The notes under the pieces were generated by a model. It did no database searches. It had not been told where the DNA came from and saw nothing but the letters and a program-made list of their open reading frames with translations. The position numbers and the translations under genes were made by a program. From assembly GCA_037724045.1 (NCBI GenBank), contig JBBJOW010000007.1:7324-71323 (forward strand): a stretch of DNA of 64,000 nucleotides, read 5' to 3'. Below are positions 44,567 through 54,691 of this stretch, piece after piece. The stretch's first letter is position 1. Each line of letters opens with the position of its first letter. This stretch comes from Solirubrobacteraceae bacterium (GTDB lineage Bacteria; Actinomycetota; Thermoleophilia; Solirubrobacterales; Solirubrobacteraceae).

Positions 44567-46276
44567 CTATTCGCAAAGGCGGGCGCGCAGGCCCGAGGCG
44601 CGAGCGATGGGGCGGGCGATGGCGGCGCGGATCGCCGCTTCGGAGCCGGCGAGGATGAGGTGCTCCTGGGCACGGGTGGCGGCGGTGTAGAGCAGTTCGC
44701 GGGTGAGGATGCGCGCGTCGGCGTCGGGTAGGAGGACGGCGGCTGTCTTGAACTGCGAGCCCTGGGCCTTGTGGATGGTCATCGCGTAGGCGGTGTCGAC
44801 CGCGCTCAGCCGGGCAGGGCTCACGCGCTCGCCGCGCTCGAAGGCGGCGATGCCGCGCTCCTCGCCGGCGACGATCACCCCGGCGTCGCCGTTGAAGAGG
44901 CCGAGCTCGTAGTCGTTGGCGGTGACCAGCAGCGGGCGGCCGGCGTAGAAGCGGTCGGTCGCATCGACACCGAGCCAGGTCTCCAAGTGCGTGGTCCAGT
45001 CGGCGACGTCGCGGCGGTGGGCGCAGAGGATGCGAAAGCCGCGGAGCGCGTCGAGGGCGCCGTCGGCGTCTTTAGCCCGGGCGGCAGCGTGGACCGCGCG
45101 CGCCGACGCAACCGCGGGCTCGCGAAGCGACGCCGCGTCCTCGATCCAGGTGACGTCGGAGTGGCCCGCGCCGAGGATGTGCAGGGCGGTGTCGGCGTCG
45201 CCCGCGCGGATCGCGTCCGCAAGGCTGGCGATCGCCCCGCCGAAGCGGTGTACGCGCTCGAGGACGACGATGCCCTCACGCAGCGGGCCGTTCACGGCGC
45301 CGACGATGTCCCCGAGCACCGCGCCGGCCTCGATCGACGCGAGCTGGCCCGGGTCACCGACGAGGATCAGGCGCGCGTCAGGGCGGATGGCCTCCACGAG
45401 CCGTGCCATCTGCGAGAGCGAGACCATCGAGGTCTCGTCGACGATCACGACGTCGTGCGGGAGCTTCTGCGCGCGGTTGTGGCGGAAGCGGCTGTTGGAG
45501 TCCGGCCGCCAGCCGAGCAGGCGGTGCAGCGTGGAGGCCTGCAGCTCCAGGATGCGCTCGCGCACCGCTTCGGAGACGTCCAGCCCGCGCGCTTCGGTCT
45601 GGACCGCCTCCTGCAGCCGCGACTGGGCCTTTCCGGTCGGCGCGGCCAGCGCGACGTGCAGCCGGGCCCCTCGAGTCTGCTCATAGAGCAGGGCGAGGAT
45701 GCGCGCGACGGTCGTGGTCTTGCCGGTGCCCGGGCCGCCGGCGACGATCGCGAGCCGGCGCCGGACGGCGGTGGCCGCCGCCAGCGCCTGCTGGTCGTCG
45801 TCGAGCAGCCGGCCCAGGCCGTCGTCGAGGAGCGCCTCGTCGGAGGGGGCGGCTTCGTTGAGCGCGAGGAGGTCGGACGCCACCGAACGCTCCTCACGCC
45901 AGTAGCGGTCGAGGTAGAGCGCGGTGCCCTCAAGGCGCAGCGGCCCGTCGGACACCAGCCGGCTGATCGCCACGCGGCCAACCCAGTCCTTCCCCGGCCA
46001 CGACAGCCCGCTCAGGTCGACGACGGCCTCGTCCTCGGTCGTCGCCGTCCCGCGAATGGTCGCCAGATCGACGTGGACATGCTTGACGCGCGGTGCGCGC
46101 ACCGCGAGCGCGCACGCGAGGCGCACGGCGTCGTCGCCCTCCCCCAGCAGCTCCGACAGCCGTCGCGCGACGTGCACGTCTGCCGCCGCGAGCACGCCCG
46201 CGTCGTTGAACTCGGCCAGCAGCCCGGTTGCGCCGAGGGCCCGGTGCACGTCGAACGGGTCAGCCGTCGAGAGCAT
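44567..46276 (-). CDS. recD: Exodeoxyribonuclease V alpha subunit RecD
   Basis: IVAGGPGTGKTTTVARI (Walker A), VIVDETSMV, and a C-terminal AMTIHKAQGSQF. ATG 46276 overlaps the recB end. Confidence 0.9.
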   Translation of the reverse strand: MLSTADPFDVHRALGATGLLAEFNDAGVLAAADVHVARRLSELLGEGDDAVRLACALAVRAPRVKHVHVDLATIRGTATTEDEAVVDLSGLSWPGKDWVGRVAISRLVSDGPLRLEGTALYLDRYWREERSVASDLLALNEAAPSDEALLDDGLGRLLDDDQQALAAATAVRRRLAIVAGGPGTGKTTTVARILALLYEQTRGARLHVALAAPTGKAQSRLQEAVQTEARGLDVSEAVRERILELQASTLHRLLGWRPDSNSRFRHNRAQKLPHDVVIVDETSMVSLSQMARLVEAIRPDARLILVGDPGQLASIEAGAVLGDIVGAVNGPLREGIVVLERVHRFGGAIASLADAIRAGDADTALHILGAGHSDVTWIEDAASLREPAVASARAVHAAARAKDADGALDALRGFRILCAHRRDVADWTTHLETWLGVDATDRFYAGRPLLVTANDYELGLFNGDAGVIVAGEERGIAAFERGERVSPARLSAVDTAYAMTIHKAQGSQFKTAAVLLPDADARILTRELLYTAATRAQEHLILAGSEAAIRAAIARPIARASGLRARLCE

Positions 46277-49200
46277 CGCTGAGCGCCTCGATCGTGGTGG
46301 CAGGTGGCGTCCAGGCCAAGACGCCCGCGCTGGACTTGCCGTCCATCCCGCGCAGGAACAGGTAGCCGACGCCGGCCAGGTGGGTGGCCGGGTCGTAGCC
46401 CGGCAGCCGCCAGCGCAGATAGCGGTGCAGCGCGACCGCATACAGAAGCGCCTGCAGCCCGTAGTGGCGCCGGTGCAGCTCGGCCGCAAGCGCGTCAGGC
46501 GCGAAGGAGTCCAGCGCGTTCGTCTTGTAGTCGAAGACCGCGAACCGCGGCCCTGGCAACCTTGCGACGAGGTCGAGCGAGCCGGTGAGGAATCCGCGTA
46601 GTTCCGTCCGCAGCCCCGCGTCCTGCAGGCGCGGGGCGTAGCCGGCCAGCTCGTCCCCCAGCGCAGTCGCGACGCGGTCGAGCGTCACCTCACCGGCCGG
46701 CTCGTCACCGCCGGCCAGCGGCAGCTCGAACTCGAGCTCGTCCAGGCGGTCGGCCGCGCCGATGTCGGCCAGCGAGACGCCGAACGGCTCGCCGAGCGGC
46801 GTGGCCAGCGCGGCCTGCAGCCCGGGCACCGCACCAAGCTCGACCAGCTCCGGCCCGAACTCCGGCGCGGCGAAGTCCATCCGCTCGAGCGCCCGGTGGA
46901 CCGTCGTGCCGACGCGCATCCCGAACGGCACGTCCGCCCACAGCCCGTTGGCGACGCCAGCCTCCGGCTCGTCGTCGACGGCGTCGACCTCCGGCTCGCT
47001 CGCCACGGCGGCCTCGTGCGTCCCCGACGTGATGTCGGAGTACGACGTCCGCCGCCACCACCAGTCCAGCGAACGGTCGAAGCGCGCGGCCGCCAGGGTG
47101 GCGTGCGCGGCCGGCGGGCCCGACCAGCGCGGATCCGCGCCCAGCGAGGAGCGCTCGACCGCGATGCAGTCACCCGCCCGCTCGGCGAGCTCACCGAACG
47201 CGGCGAGCGCCTCTGGGTCGGTCGGCGGGGCCTTGCCCTCGTGGGCGACGTTGCCCTCCTCGTCGCGCGCGAACATCAGGCGTCCGAGCGGTGAGTTGCG
47301 GCTGTCCCACGACGCCGCCCACCACACGACGGCTTGATGGCGGGCGCGGGTGAGCGCGACATAGAGCAGGCGCAGCGCCTCGCCGCGCTCCTCGAGCAGC
47401 CAGCGGTCCTTGTGCGCGGCGAACGCGGGCCCGGCCATCGAGACGTCCAACGTGCGCTGACCGGTCGCGTCGTGGAAGACGACCGGCTTGCGGTTGTCCT
47501 CCTTCTTCGCCGAGTCCCACATGAAGGGCAGCAGGACGATCGGGAACTCGAGCCCCTTGGAGCGATGCACGGTGAGCACCTGAACGGCCTGGGCGTCGGA
47601 CTCGAGTCGGCGGGAACGGTCCTCGTCGGCGGTGTCCTCGGCCGCCTCGGCGACCCGCCGACGCAGCCAGGCCGTCAGCGCGGTCGTGCCCAGCTGCTCG
47701 GCGGACGCCGCGGCGTGCAGGAGCTGGGCGATGTGGCGAAGGTCGGTCAGCCGGCGCTCTCCCCCGGCCTCAGCCAGCACCCGTTCGGGCAGGCGCTCGG
47801 CGAGCGTCATCGTCTCCATCAGCGAAGCCACTCCTCGCACGCGCAGCACCCGGGCCCAGTCGTGCAGTCGGCGGTGAACGTCCTCCCACTCGGACGCGCT
47901 CGCGCCCGCGACCCGCTTCGCGTCCCATCCGAGGAAGCACGTCAGCGCGGCGGCGTGCGCGCGCAGCTGGGTACCCGGGCGCTCCAGCGCCTCGAGCAGC
48001 TGCAGCCACTCAGCCGCCGGCGTCGTGCCGAAGACGCTGCCCGCGCCGTTGATGACTGCGGGGACGTCGGCGGCCTCGAGCGCGTCACGCACCTCGGCGG
48101 CGCGGCGGTTGGTCGGCACGAGCACCGCGATGTCGCCCGGCTGCACCGGTTCGCCTTCGATCCGCGCCTCCCCGTCGAGCAGTCCGACGACCTCCTGCGC
48201 CACGTCGGCGGCGACGTGCTCGCGCGCCGGGCCGACGCGCGCGTAGCCCTTGTTCGTGAGCTCTGAGAGGTCCTCGCGGTCGACCACCCGGATGCGCAAC
48301 GGCGATCCCGCTCCGGCGAGCCGCGCCTGCTTGTGCTTGGCCGTCACCCGCAGGTAGGCGATATCGGGATGGCCCAGCCGCGAGTCGCCGAAGAGCGCGT
48401 CGTAGGCGTCGATCAGCCGCTGATCGGAGCGGTGGTTGACACCGAGCGTCTGGCGTTCCGCGGTCTGGCCAGCCGCGTCGAGGTAGGCGTAGACGTCGCC
48501 GCCCCGGAACGCGTAGATGGCCTGCTTGGGATCGCCGATAAGCACCAGCGTGCGGTCCCCGCCTGTGCCCGCCGCCGCCGCAGGCGAAGGCTGGGTGAAG
48601 GCCCGCTGGAGGATCTCCCACTGCACCGGGTCGGTGTCTTGGAACTCGTCGACGAGCACGACGTCGAAGCGCGCGTGCAGTCGCGCGACCGCCTCGGGAT
48701 CGTTGGCGAGCGCGTCGCGCAGGTGCGTGAGCAGGTCGTCGTAGGTGACGAGCGTCATGCGGCGTTTGCGGCGCTTGAGCTCGTCGCGGCTCCAGGTTGC
48801 GATCCCGCGCCGCATGGCTGCGATGCCGCCCGGCCCGTCCGCGAGCGGCGTCACCGGGTTGCCGGTCGCCGCCTCGGCGATCTGGCGAACCTCCGCGAGG
48901 TTGAACGGCGGCTTCTCGTTGCTGCGGTCGGCGAAGCGACGCACGAAAAGGTCGTCGACCACCTCCGCCCGCAGGTCGCGCACGTCCTCCACGAAGGTCA
49001 CGTCGGGCTCGAGGTCGGCGGCGATGCCGAGGCATCCGAGCATCTCCTGACAGAAGGCGTGCGTGGTCTCGATCGTGGCCGCGTCGAAGTCCGCGACTGC
49101 CCGCGCGAGGTTCAGGCAGCGTTGCTCGCGGTCCTCGCGGGCGAGCAGCTCGACCAGCGGGTCGCCCGTCTCCCCGGCAGCCAGCGCGCGCTGGACCTCG

Positions 49201-49415
49201 GTGAGCCGCTCGCGCACACGCTCGCGCAACTCGCCGGTCGCCATGCGCGTGAACGTGACGAGCAGCAGGCGGTCCAGGGGAGTTCCCTCGGCGACGTAGC
49301 GGGCCGCCAGCCCGGCGATCGTGAACGTCTTGCCGGTGCCCGCGCTCGCCTCGAGCACCGTCGTGCCTGACGGCAGCGGCCCGCTGAGGTCGAAGGCCCG
49401 CGCGGTCAACCCCAC
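46260..49415 (-). CDS. recB: Exodeoxyribonuclease V beta subunit RecB
   Basis: VLEASAGTGKTFTIAGL (UvrD-type helicase motif I), VLVDEFQDTDPVQW, a VHRSKGLEFP-type motif, and a C-terminal nuclease region ..FDYKTN... The start overlaps the recC stop. Confidence 0.9.
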   Translation of the reverse strand: MGLTARAFDLSGPLPSGTTVLEASAGTGKTFTIAGLAARYVAEGTPLDRLLLVTFTRMATGELRERVRERLTEVQRALAAGETGDPLVELLAREDREQRCLNLARAVADFDAATIETTHAFCQEMLGCLGIAADLEPDVTFVEDVRDLRAEVVDDLFVRRFADRSNEKPPFNLAEVRQIAEAATGNPVTPLADGPGGIAAMRRGIATWSRDELKRRKRRMTLVTYDDLLTHLRDALANDPEAVARLHARFDVVLVDEFQDTDPVQWEILQRAFTQPSPAAAAGTGGDRTLVLIGDPKQAIYAFRGGDVYAYLDAAGQTAERQTLGVNHRSDQRLIDAYDALFGDSRLGHPDIAYLRVTAKHKQARLAGAGSPLRIRVVDREDLSELTNKGYARVGPAREHVAADVAQEVVGLLDGEARIEGEPVQPGDIAVLVPTNRRAAEVRDALEAADVPAVINGAGSVFGTTPAAEWLQLLEALERPGTQLRAHAAALTCFLGWDAKRVAGASASEWEDVHRRLHDWARVLRVRGVASLMETMTLAERLPERVLAEAGGERRLTDLRHIAQLLHAAASAEQLGTTALTAWLRRRVAEAAEDTADEDRSRRLESDAQAVQVLTVHRSKGLEFPIVLLPFMWDSAKKEDNRKPVVFHDATGQRTLDVSMAGPAFAAHKDRWLLEERGEALRLLYVALTRARHQAVVWWAASWDSRNSPLGRLMFARDEEGNVAHEGKAPPTDPEALAAFGELAERAGDCIAVERSSLGADPRWSGPPAAHATLAAARFDRSLDWWWRRTSYSDITSGTHEAAVASEPEVDAVDDEPEAGVANGLWADVPFGMRVGTTVHRALERMDFAAPEFGPELVELGAVPGLQAALATPLGEPFGVSLADIGAADRLDELEFELPLAGGDEPAGEVTLDRVATALGDELAGYAPRLQDAGLRTELRGFLTGSLDLVARLPGPRFAVFDYKTNALDSFAPDALAAELHRRHYGLQALLYAVALHRYLRWRLPGYDPATHLAGVGYLFLRGMDGKSSAGVLAWTPPATTIEALSDALDG

Positions 49416-52400
49416 CGCTCCCGTTCGCGGATGGGGTCCCACAGCTTGCGTGCGAGGCCGGCGAAGCGCAGGTCCTCTGCCAATTGTTCGAAGCTGAGGA
49501 CGCCGCCGAAGGCGCGCACGTGCTCGGGGTCGGCGTCTTCCTTGGGCCAGTCGAACTCCGACGTCCATTCCTTGCGCGCAGCGTCCGCGCCGCCCGCGAC
49601 GTACGCCGCTGACGTCTTGCAGATCAGCGGCAGCGGCTCGGTCATTCCCAGCTCGTAGAGCTCGACGATCGAAGCGAGCTGTGCGCGCGCCTCCTCGACG
49701 CCGAGCGGCGCGATGTCAACCACGCCACCTTTGCCGATGGTGCGCGCGCCGTACGCATGGCCCGCCGCGTTGAGGGCGAGCAGGCGCACCCACGCGCCCG
49801 CGCGGTGGCGGGCCGACAGCCGCGAGAACGTGACGGTGCGCAGGGTCTGGTCCGTCACGCCCGCGACGGTGCCGCGGAGAGACCGCTCGCCGGCCAGCGT
49901 GACGCGCACGTCGACCGACGTGGTGTCCTGCGTGCCGGCGGCGGCGACGATCTCGTCCACGGTCGGCTCGGCGCCCTCGACCCACGGCCGGCCGAGATAG
50001 CCCGGCGGAAGCCGTCCGCGCGCGATCTCCGCCTTGCGCGCGGCCTTGGCGTCGGTGCCCTGCAGGCGGGTGTCGAGCAGCCGCTGGCCGATCCCCCACC
50101 GGCCGAGCGCGTCCAGCTCGATCTCGAGCTCGTTGTCGACCTCCTGGGAGAAGTCGCGGACGTCGATGCCGAGCCGGCGACGCAGGAAGCGGCGGACGGG
50201 GTGCTCGACGAAGCGCACCAGCTCGTCGAGCTCGAGGACCGGCTCGATCAGCGGCGTCAGCGGCGCGTCCAGGAAGTCCGGCGGATCGTGGCGCGGCGCC
50301 TGCAGCGCCCGCGCCCCCTCGAGCATCACCGCGTCGTGGCTCCACGCGTTCTCGAAGTTGCGCGGGTCGAAGGGCTGCAGCGGGTGCCGGATCACCACGT
50401 CCCTGCCGGCGACGCTCAGCAGCTCGCTCAGCGGAACCGCCGGGGGCCGCCCCGCGTTCGTGCGCTCGTCGTTGCCCGTGTAGGTGACGATCAGCTTGTC
50501 CTGCGCGGCCAGCAGCGCGTCCAGCAGCAGCTGGCGATCCTCCGCCCGCGGGTCGCGCTCCCCCACCCGCGGGTCGTCGAGCATCAGGTCGTCGCCGTCG
50601 CGCGGCGCCTTGCGCGGGAACACGCCGTCATCGAGCCCGAGCAGGCAGACGACTCGATGCGGGACCGACCGCATCGGCACGAGGGTGCAGATGGTCAGGT
50701 GGCCCGTGCGGAAGTTCGCGCGCGTCGGCCGTCCCTGCAGGCGGTCCGCAAGCATCGCCCGGATCTCGGCGAGATGCAGGTCGTCGGTCGCCGTCCCCTC
50801 CGCCAGGTCGTCGAGGATGCGCTGGAGCTCGGCGCGCTGCCAGGCGTCGCGCGGGGCCGTCGCCGCGAACGCGTCCGCGGCATCGCCCAGCGCCTCGATC
50901 CAGTCGGCCAGCGGCTGCGGGTCCGAGAACGCCTCCATCGTGCGGTCAAGCCGCTCCACCAGCTCCGCAAAGCGCCCCGCGAGATCGATCGACTGACTGT
51001 CGACGTCGTCGAGCGGCAGCACCCCGTGGATCAGCCGCCGCTCGTCCTCGGTCATGGTCACGCCCGCGAGCAGCCGGTCGATCCCGAACCGCCACGTGCC
51101 CGTGTCGATGTTCTCGAGCCGGTAGCGCTTGCGGTGACGCTGGTCCAGGCCCCAGCGGATGCCGCTGTCGGCGATCCACCCCTGCAGGCGCGCGAGGGCG
51201 TCGTCGTCGAGGCGGAAGCGCCGGCGCACGGGCTCGCGATCGGCCAGGTCGAGCACCTGGCTGGCGGTCACCCGCTGACCGGCCAGGTCGAGCAGCGCGG
51301 CGACGACGCCGAGGACGGGGTTGGTCTGGCGCAGCGAGCGATCCGCGAGCCGCACGCGTAGGTCGATCCCGCCGTCCTCGACGTTCGCGCCGAACGCCGC
51401 CTGGATGAGCGGCGCGAAGGTCTCGATGTCCGGGCACATCACGATCACGTCGCGCGGCTCGAGCGTCGGGTCAGCTTCGAGCGTGTGCAGGATCGCGTCG
51501 CGCAGCACCTCGACCTGGCGGGCGCGGCCGTGGCAGGAGTGGACGACGAGGCTGCCGTCCGGGTTCGTCGTCGGCGGCGGCTCGTCGGCGCGCACTGCCG
51601 CCTGAAGCTGCGCGAGCTGCGTGCCGGCGGGGTGCTCGACCGGGTGATGGTGGTCGTGGTGCTCAGTGCGCGCGAGCACGAGCTGCATCTCGCGTGCGTC
51701 GCGCCCCCAGCTGGCCAGCAGCGCGTTGCGCGGCGTCAGTGCGGTCGGGTCGTCGGAGCGCAGCGTGACCTGCGGCGGACGGCCGATGCGCTCCCACAGC
51801 GTCGGCGACGGGTGCAGCAGGAACAGGTGGACGTCGCGCTGCGTCGCGAGCTCCTCGAGCACGTGCAGGTGGCCAGCGGGCAGGCGGGTCAGCCCGAAGA
51901 GCGACAGCCGGTACGGAAGCTCGAGCGAAACGGTTCCGCGGAACCGCGCGAGCCGCTCCGCGGGGCCCTCGCGCCCGATCCGCGCCCGCAGCCGCCGCCA
52001 GAGCTCGGCCTGCCAGTGGTCGTCGGTCCCCTCCGCCCAGCCGCGGACCATGTCGGGCCGGTGCAGTGCGTAGCGATCGAAGAGCTCGGCGAGATGGCGC
52101 ACGATCCCCAGCCGCCGCGAGCGGCGGACGTCGTCGGTCGGCTCGCCCAGGTACTTGCGCAGGCGGTGCAGCCACGCCTCCTCCAGGTGCGCGTCGACCA
52201 CCTCGAGCAGCGCCCACGCCGACCGTTCGGGCCGCCATGGGTCCTCGTCGGGCTCGACCCCGCACGCCGCGGCGATCGCGTCGCTGACCACCCGGTGCGG
52301 GCTGGGGAAGTCGACGTTCGCGCAGACCCCCAGGCGCATCGAGAGCCTCTGGGCCAGCCAGCGCTCCATTCCGCGCGTGGGGACCGACACCACCTCGGCG

Positions 52401-52489
52401 GCGAAGGGGTCGCTCAGCGGCTCGGCGATCAGCTCGCCGAGCGCGTCTACGAGCCCGTCCGCCCGCTCGGCTCTATGGATGTGCAGCAC
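49406..52489 (-). CDS. recC: Exodeoxyribonuclease V gamma subunit RecC
   Basis: 1027 aa. MLHIHRAERADGLVDALGELIAEPLSDPFAAEVVSVPTRGMERWL is a typical RecC N-terminus. The operon order is recC-recB-recD. Confidence 0.9.
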   Translation of the reverse strand: MLHIHRAERADGLVDALGELIAEPLSDPFAAEVVSVPTRGMERWLAQRLSMRLGVCANVDFPSPHRVVSDAIAAACGVEPDEDPWRPERSAWALLEVVDAHLEEAWLHRLRKYLGEPTDDVRRSRRLGIVRHLAELFDRYALHRPDMVRGWAEGTDDHWQAELWRRLRARIGREGPAERLARFRGTVSLELPYRLSLFGLTRLPAGHLHVLEELATQRDVHLFLLHPSPTLWERIGRPPQVTLRSDDPTALTPRNALLASWGRDAREMQLVLARTEHHDHHHPVEHPAGTQLAQLQAAVRADEPPPTTNPDGSLVVHSCHGRARQVEVLRDAILHTLEADPTLEPRDVIVMCPDIETFAPLIQAAFGANVEDGGIDLRVRLADRSLRQTNPVLGVVAALLDLAGQRVTASQVLDLADREPVRRRFRLDDDALARLQGWIADSGIRWGLDQRHRKRYRLENIDTGTWRFGIDRLLAGVTMTEDERRLIHGVLPLDDVDSQSIDLAGRFAELVERLDRTMEAFSDPQPLADWIEALGDAADAFAATAPRDAWQRAELQRILDDLAEGTATDDLHLAEIRAMLADRLQGRPTRANFRTGHLTICTLVPMRSVPHRVVCLLGLDDGVFPRKAPRDGDDLMLDDPRVGERDPRAEDRQLLLDALLAAQDKLIVTYTGNDERTNAGRPPAVPLSELLSVAGRDVVIRHPLQPFDPRNFENAWSHDAVMLEGARALQAPRHDPPDFLDAPLTPLIEPVLELDELVRFVEHPVRRFLRRRLGIDVRDFSQEVDNELEIELDALGRWGIGQRLLDTRLQGTDAKAARKAEIARGRLPPGYLGRPWVEGAEPTVDEIVAAAGTQDTTSVDVRVTLAGERSLRGTVAGVTDQTLRTVTFSRLSARHRAGAWVRLLALNAAGHAYGARTIGKGGVVDIAPLGVEEARAQLASIVELYELGMTEPLPLICKTSAAYVAGGADAARKEWTSEFDWPKEDADPEHVRAFGGVLSFEQLAEDLRFAGLARKLWDPIRERERWG

Positions 52490-52531
52490 TCCGCCAAGAG
52501 TCGCAGCCGCGCCGGAAGGTCTGACCGCCGG

Positions 52532-52960
52532 TTACCGCTCCACGCGCGCTTTGAGATCGCGCAGCGCCCGACCCATGACCACCTCGCGCACCACGTTGCG
52601 CACCGGGCCGGGGACGAAGCGGCCCGGATCGAGCTCGAGCTCCAGCACGACGTCCGTTCCGCCGTCCGGGCGCTCGGTGAAGCGCCACTCGGCCTCGAGG
52701 GTGCGGAAGTCGCCTTCCACGTAGCGCGAGCCGATGCGGTGCGGTGGATCATGCTCGAGGCGCAGCGTGTAGCGAACTGTGCGCACCTTGGCGTCAAGCG
52801 CGTAGACGACCAGGGCGCCGTCCGGATAGCGCTCGAGCACCTCAGCCGACTTCAGCGCGCCCTGCCAATCGGCCAGGTGCTCGTAGTCGGTCAGGGCGTC
52901 GAAGCACGCCTGCGGCGAGGCCGCCAACGTTGTGCGCTCGCAGCCGCCGTAGTTCGTCAT
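52532..52960 (-). CDS. SRPBCC (START/polyketide cyclase-like) family protein
   Basis: ...ACFDALTDYEHLADWQGALKSAEVLE...RYTLRLEHDPPHRIGSRYVEGDFRTLEAEWRF. ATG 52960 was chosen. Confidence 0.75.
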   Translation of the reverse strand: MTNYGGCERTTLAASPQACFDALTDYEHLADWQGALKSAEVLERYPDGALVVYALDAKVRTVRYTLRLEHDPPHRIGSRYVEGDFRTLEAEWRFTERPDGGTDVVLELELDPGRFVPGPVRNVVREVVMGRALRDLKARVER

Positions 52961-53152
52961 GCCGGGTGAGCTGCCCGCCGGCGGCCCACCTGAGTCACGT
53001 GATCTGCCGGTCGATCTCGGTCTGGCGCCGTCGACACCGAGGTCAATCGTGGGCGGTTCGTCGGGCGTCGGCGGCGGAATGCTCACGCTTGCATCTACGG
53101 CGCAGCCCCACCTTGGCTTGCGTCTTCACCGGCGCCTTGGCCCCATGGGTGG

Positions 53153-54445
53153 TCAGGTGTGCACCACCGTCCGCGGGTGCTTCTCCACATGCTCGACCGA
53201 TACCAGGATCGCCCCCTCACCCGACGCGTAGGCCTCCTCGCCGTGGGCGACGATGTCCAGGCCGACGGATTCCTCGTGCTCGGTCACCCGTAGCGGCGAG
53301 AACATCCCGATCACCTTTAGCAGCGCGAACGTCATGCCGAACGCGTAGGCGGGCGCCGCCAGGACGGCGAGCGACCGGTCGAGCAGCTGCCCGGCGTTTG
53401 CCGTAAAGGAGCCCGTCGGAGATCCCGTTCCAAGGCTCCTGGGCGACGAAGCCGATGAACAGGATCCCAGTAAGTTCCGCAACGCCGTGTGCCGCGAGCA
53501 CGTCGAGCGTCTCGTCCACGCGCGTGCGCGGGCGCCACTGGATGGCCGCATAGCTGGGCAGCGCCGCGACGACGCCGAGCACCATCGCCCACATCGGGCT
53601 GATGAACCCGCCCGCCGGCGTGATGGCCACGCACCCGACGACGATCGCCGTCGCCGCCCCGATCGCGGTCGCCTGCTTGCCGCGGATCAGGCGAGGATGA
53701 TCCACGTGCCGAGCGTGCACCCCGGGCACAGCAGCGTGTTGACGAACGCGAGCACGCTGTTCTGACCCGTGTTGAAGCCGCTGCCGCCGTTGAAGCCGAA
53801 CCAGCCGAACCACAGCAGCCCGGCGCCAAGTAGCACGTAGACCGCTTGTGGGGCAGCAGCGCCTGTCGCCCGTAGTCCTTGCGCGCGCCGACCACGAGCG
53901 CAGCGGCGAGCGCGGAGAAGCCCCAGCCCATCTCGACCGGGATCCCGCCCGCGAAGTCCAGCGTGCCGCCCTCGATCAGCCAGCCGCCGCGAACGCCCAG
54001 TGCGCGAGCACCGCGTAGACGAGCACCGACCACAGCGCCGAAAAGACCAGGAACGGCACGAAGCGCATCCGCTCCACGACCGCACCAGAGGCCAGCGCCG
54101 TCGTGATGATGCAGAACGTTGCCTGGAAGGCGAAGAACAGCAGGTGCGGGATCGTCGACCCCTCTTGCGGCGCGAAGCCGACATCGTTCAGAAAGACATT
54201 GGAGAGCCCGCCGATGAGCGCGTTGTCAGAGTCGTCGAAGGCGAGGTGTAGCCCACCAGCGCCCACGTCACCAGCGCGACGGCGATCGCCGCGACGCTCA
54301 TCATGAAGGTGTTCAGCGTGTTCTTCTCGCGCACCAGGCCCGCGTAGAAGAGCCCGAGCGCGGGCGTCATCAGCAACACCAGCGCCGTCGCGACCATCAT
54401 CCAGGCGGTGTCGCCCGTGTTGATTCCGGGAGCCATCGCGCTCAC
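53153..54445 (-). pseudogene. amt: Ammonium transporter (Amt) with at least 5 frameshifts
   Basis: Amt sequence is recoverable only by hopping between six ORF fragments. These are GDTAWMMVATALVLLMTPALGLFYAG..; LAFDDSDNALIGG..FFAFQATFCIITTALASGAVVERMRF..; GGWLIEGGTLDFAGGIPVEM..; LLGAGLLWFGWFGFNGGS..; AIVVGCVAITPAGGFISPMWA..DETLDVLAAHGV..; and NAGQLLDRSLAVLAAPAYAFGMTFALLK... The frame changes fall near 54245, 53990, 53845, 53695 and 53400. Confidence 0.85.
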
Positions 54446-54691
54446 CGAGAACGAGCGCCCGCTGCCGGTATGGCAGCACGAGCCGCGTGAGGCACAGGTG
54501 CCTGGTCACGCTTGGGCAAAGCGGTTCCGCGGAACCGCTTCCGATGCCCGCTTCGGGCGAGCTCGAGCTCCAGGTGCTCGAGCGCCCGCTGCCCGGTGGG
54601 GCGTTCGAGAGCCAGCATCTACCGCAAGCTCGGAGTGACGTCGCGGCGGACGCTGCTGGCGCTGCTGGCGCTGCCGTCGGCTACTGCCTGA
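54441..54691 (+). pseudogene. LuxR-type HTH (C-terminal domain) remnant
   Basis: The fragments LTENER.., ELELQVLERPLPGG.., ..FESQ and IYRKLGVTSRRTLLALL-stop lie in different frames. Together they recall LT.RE.QVL...TVE.H...IYRKLGV. There is no intact ORF. Confidence 0.45.
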
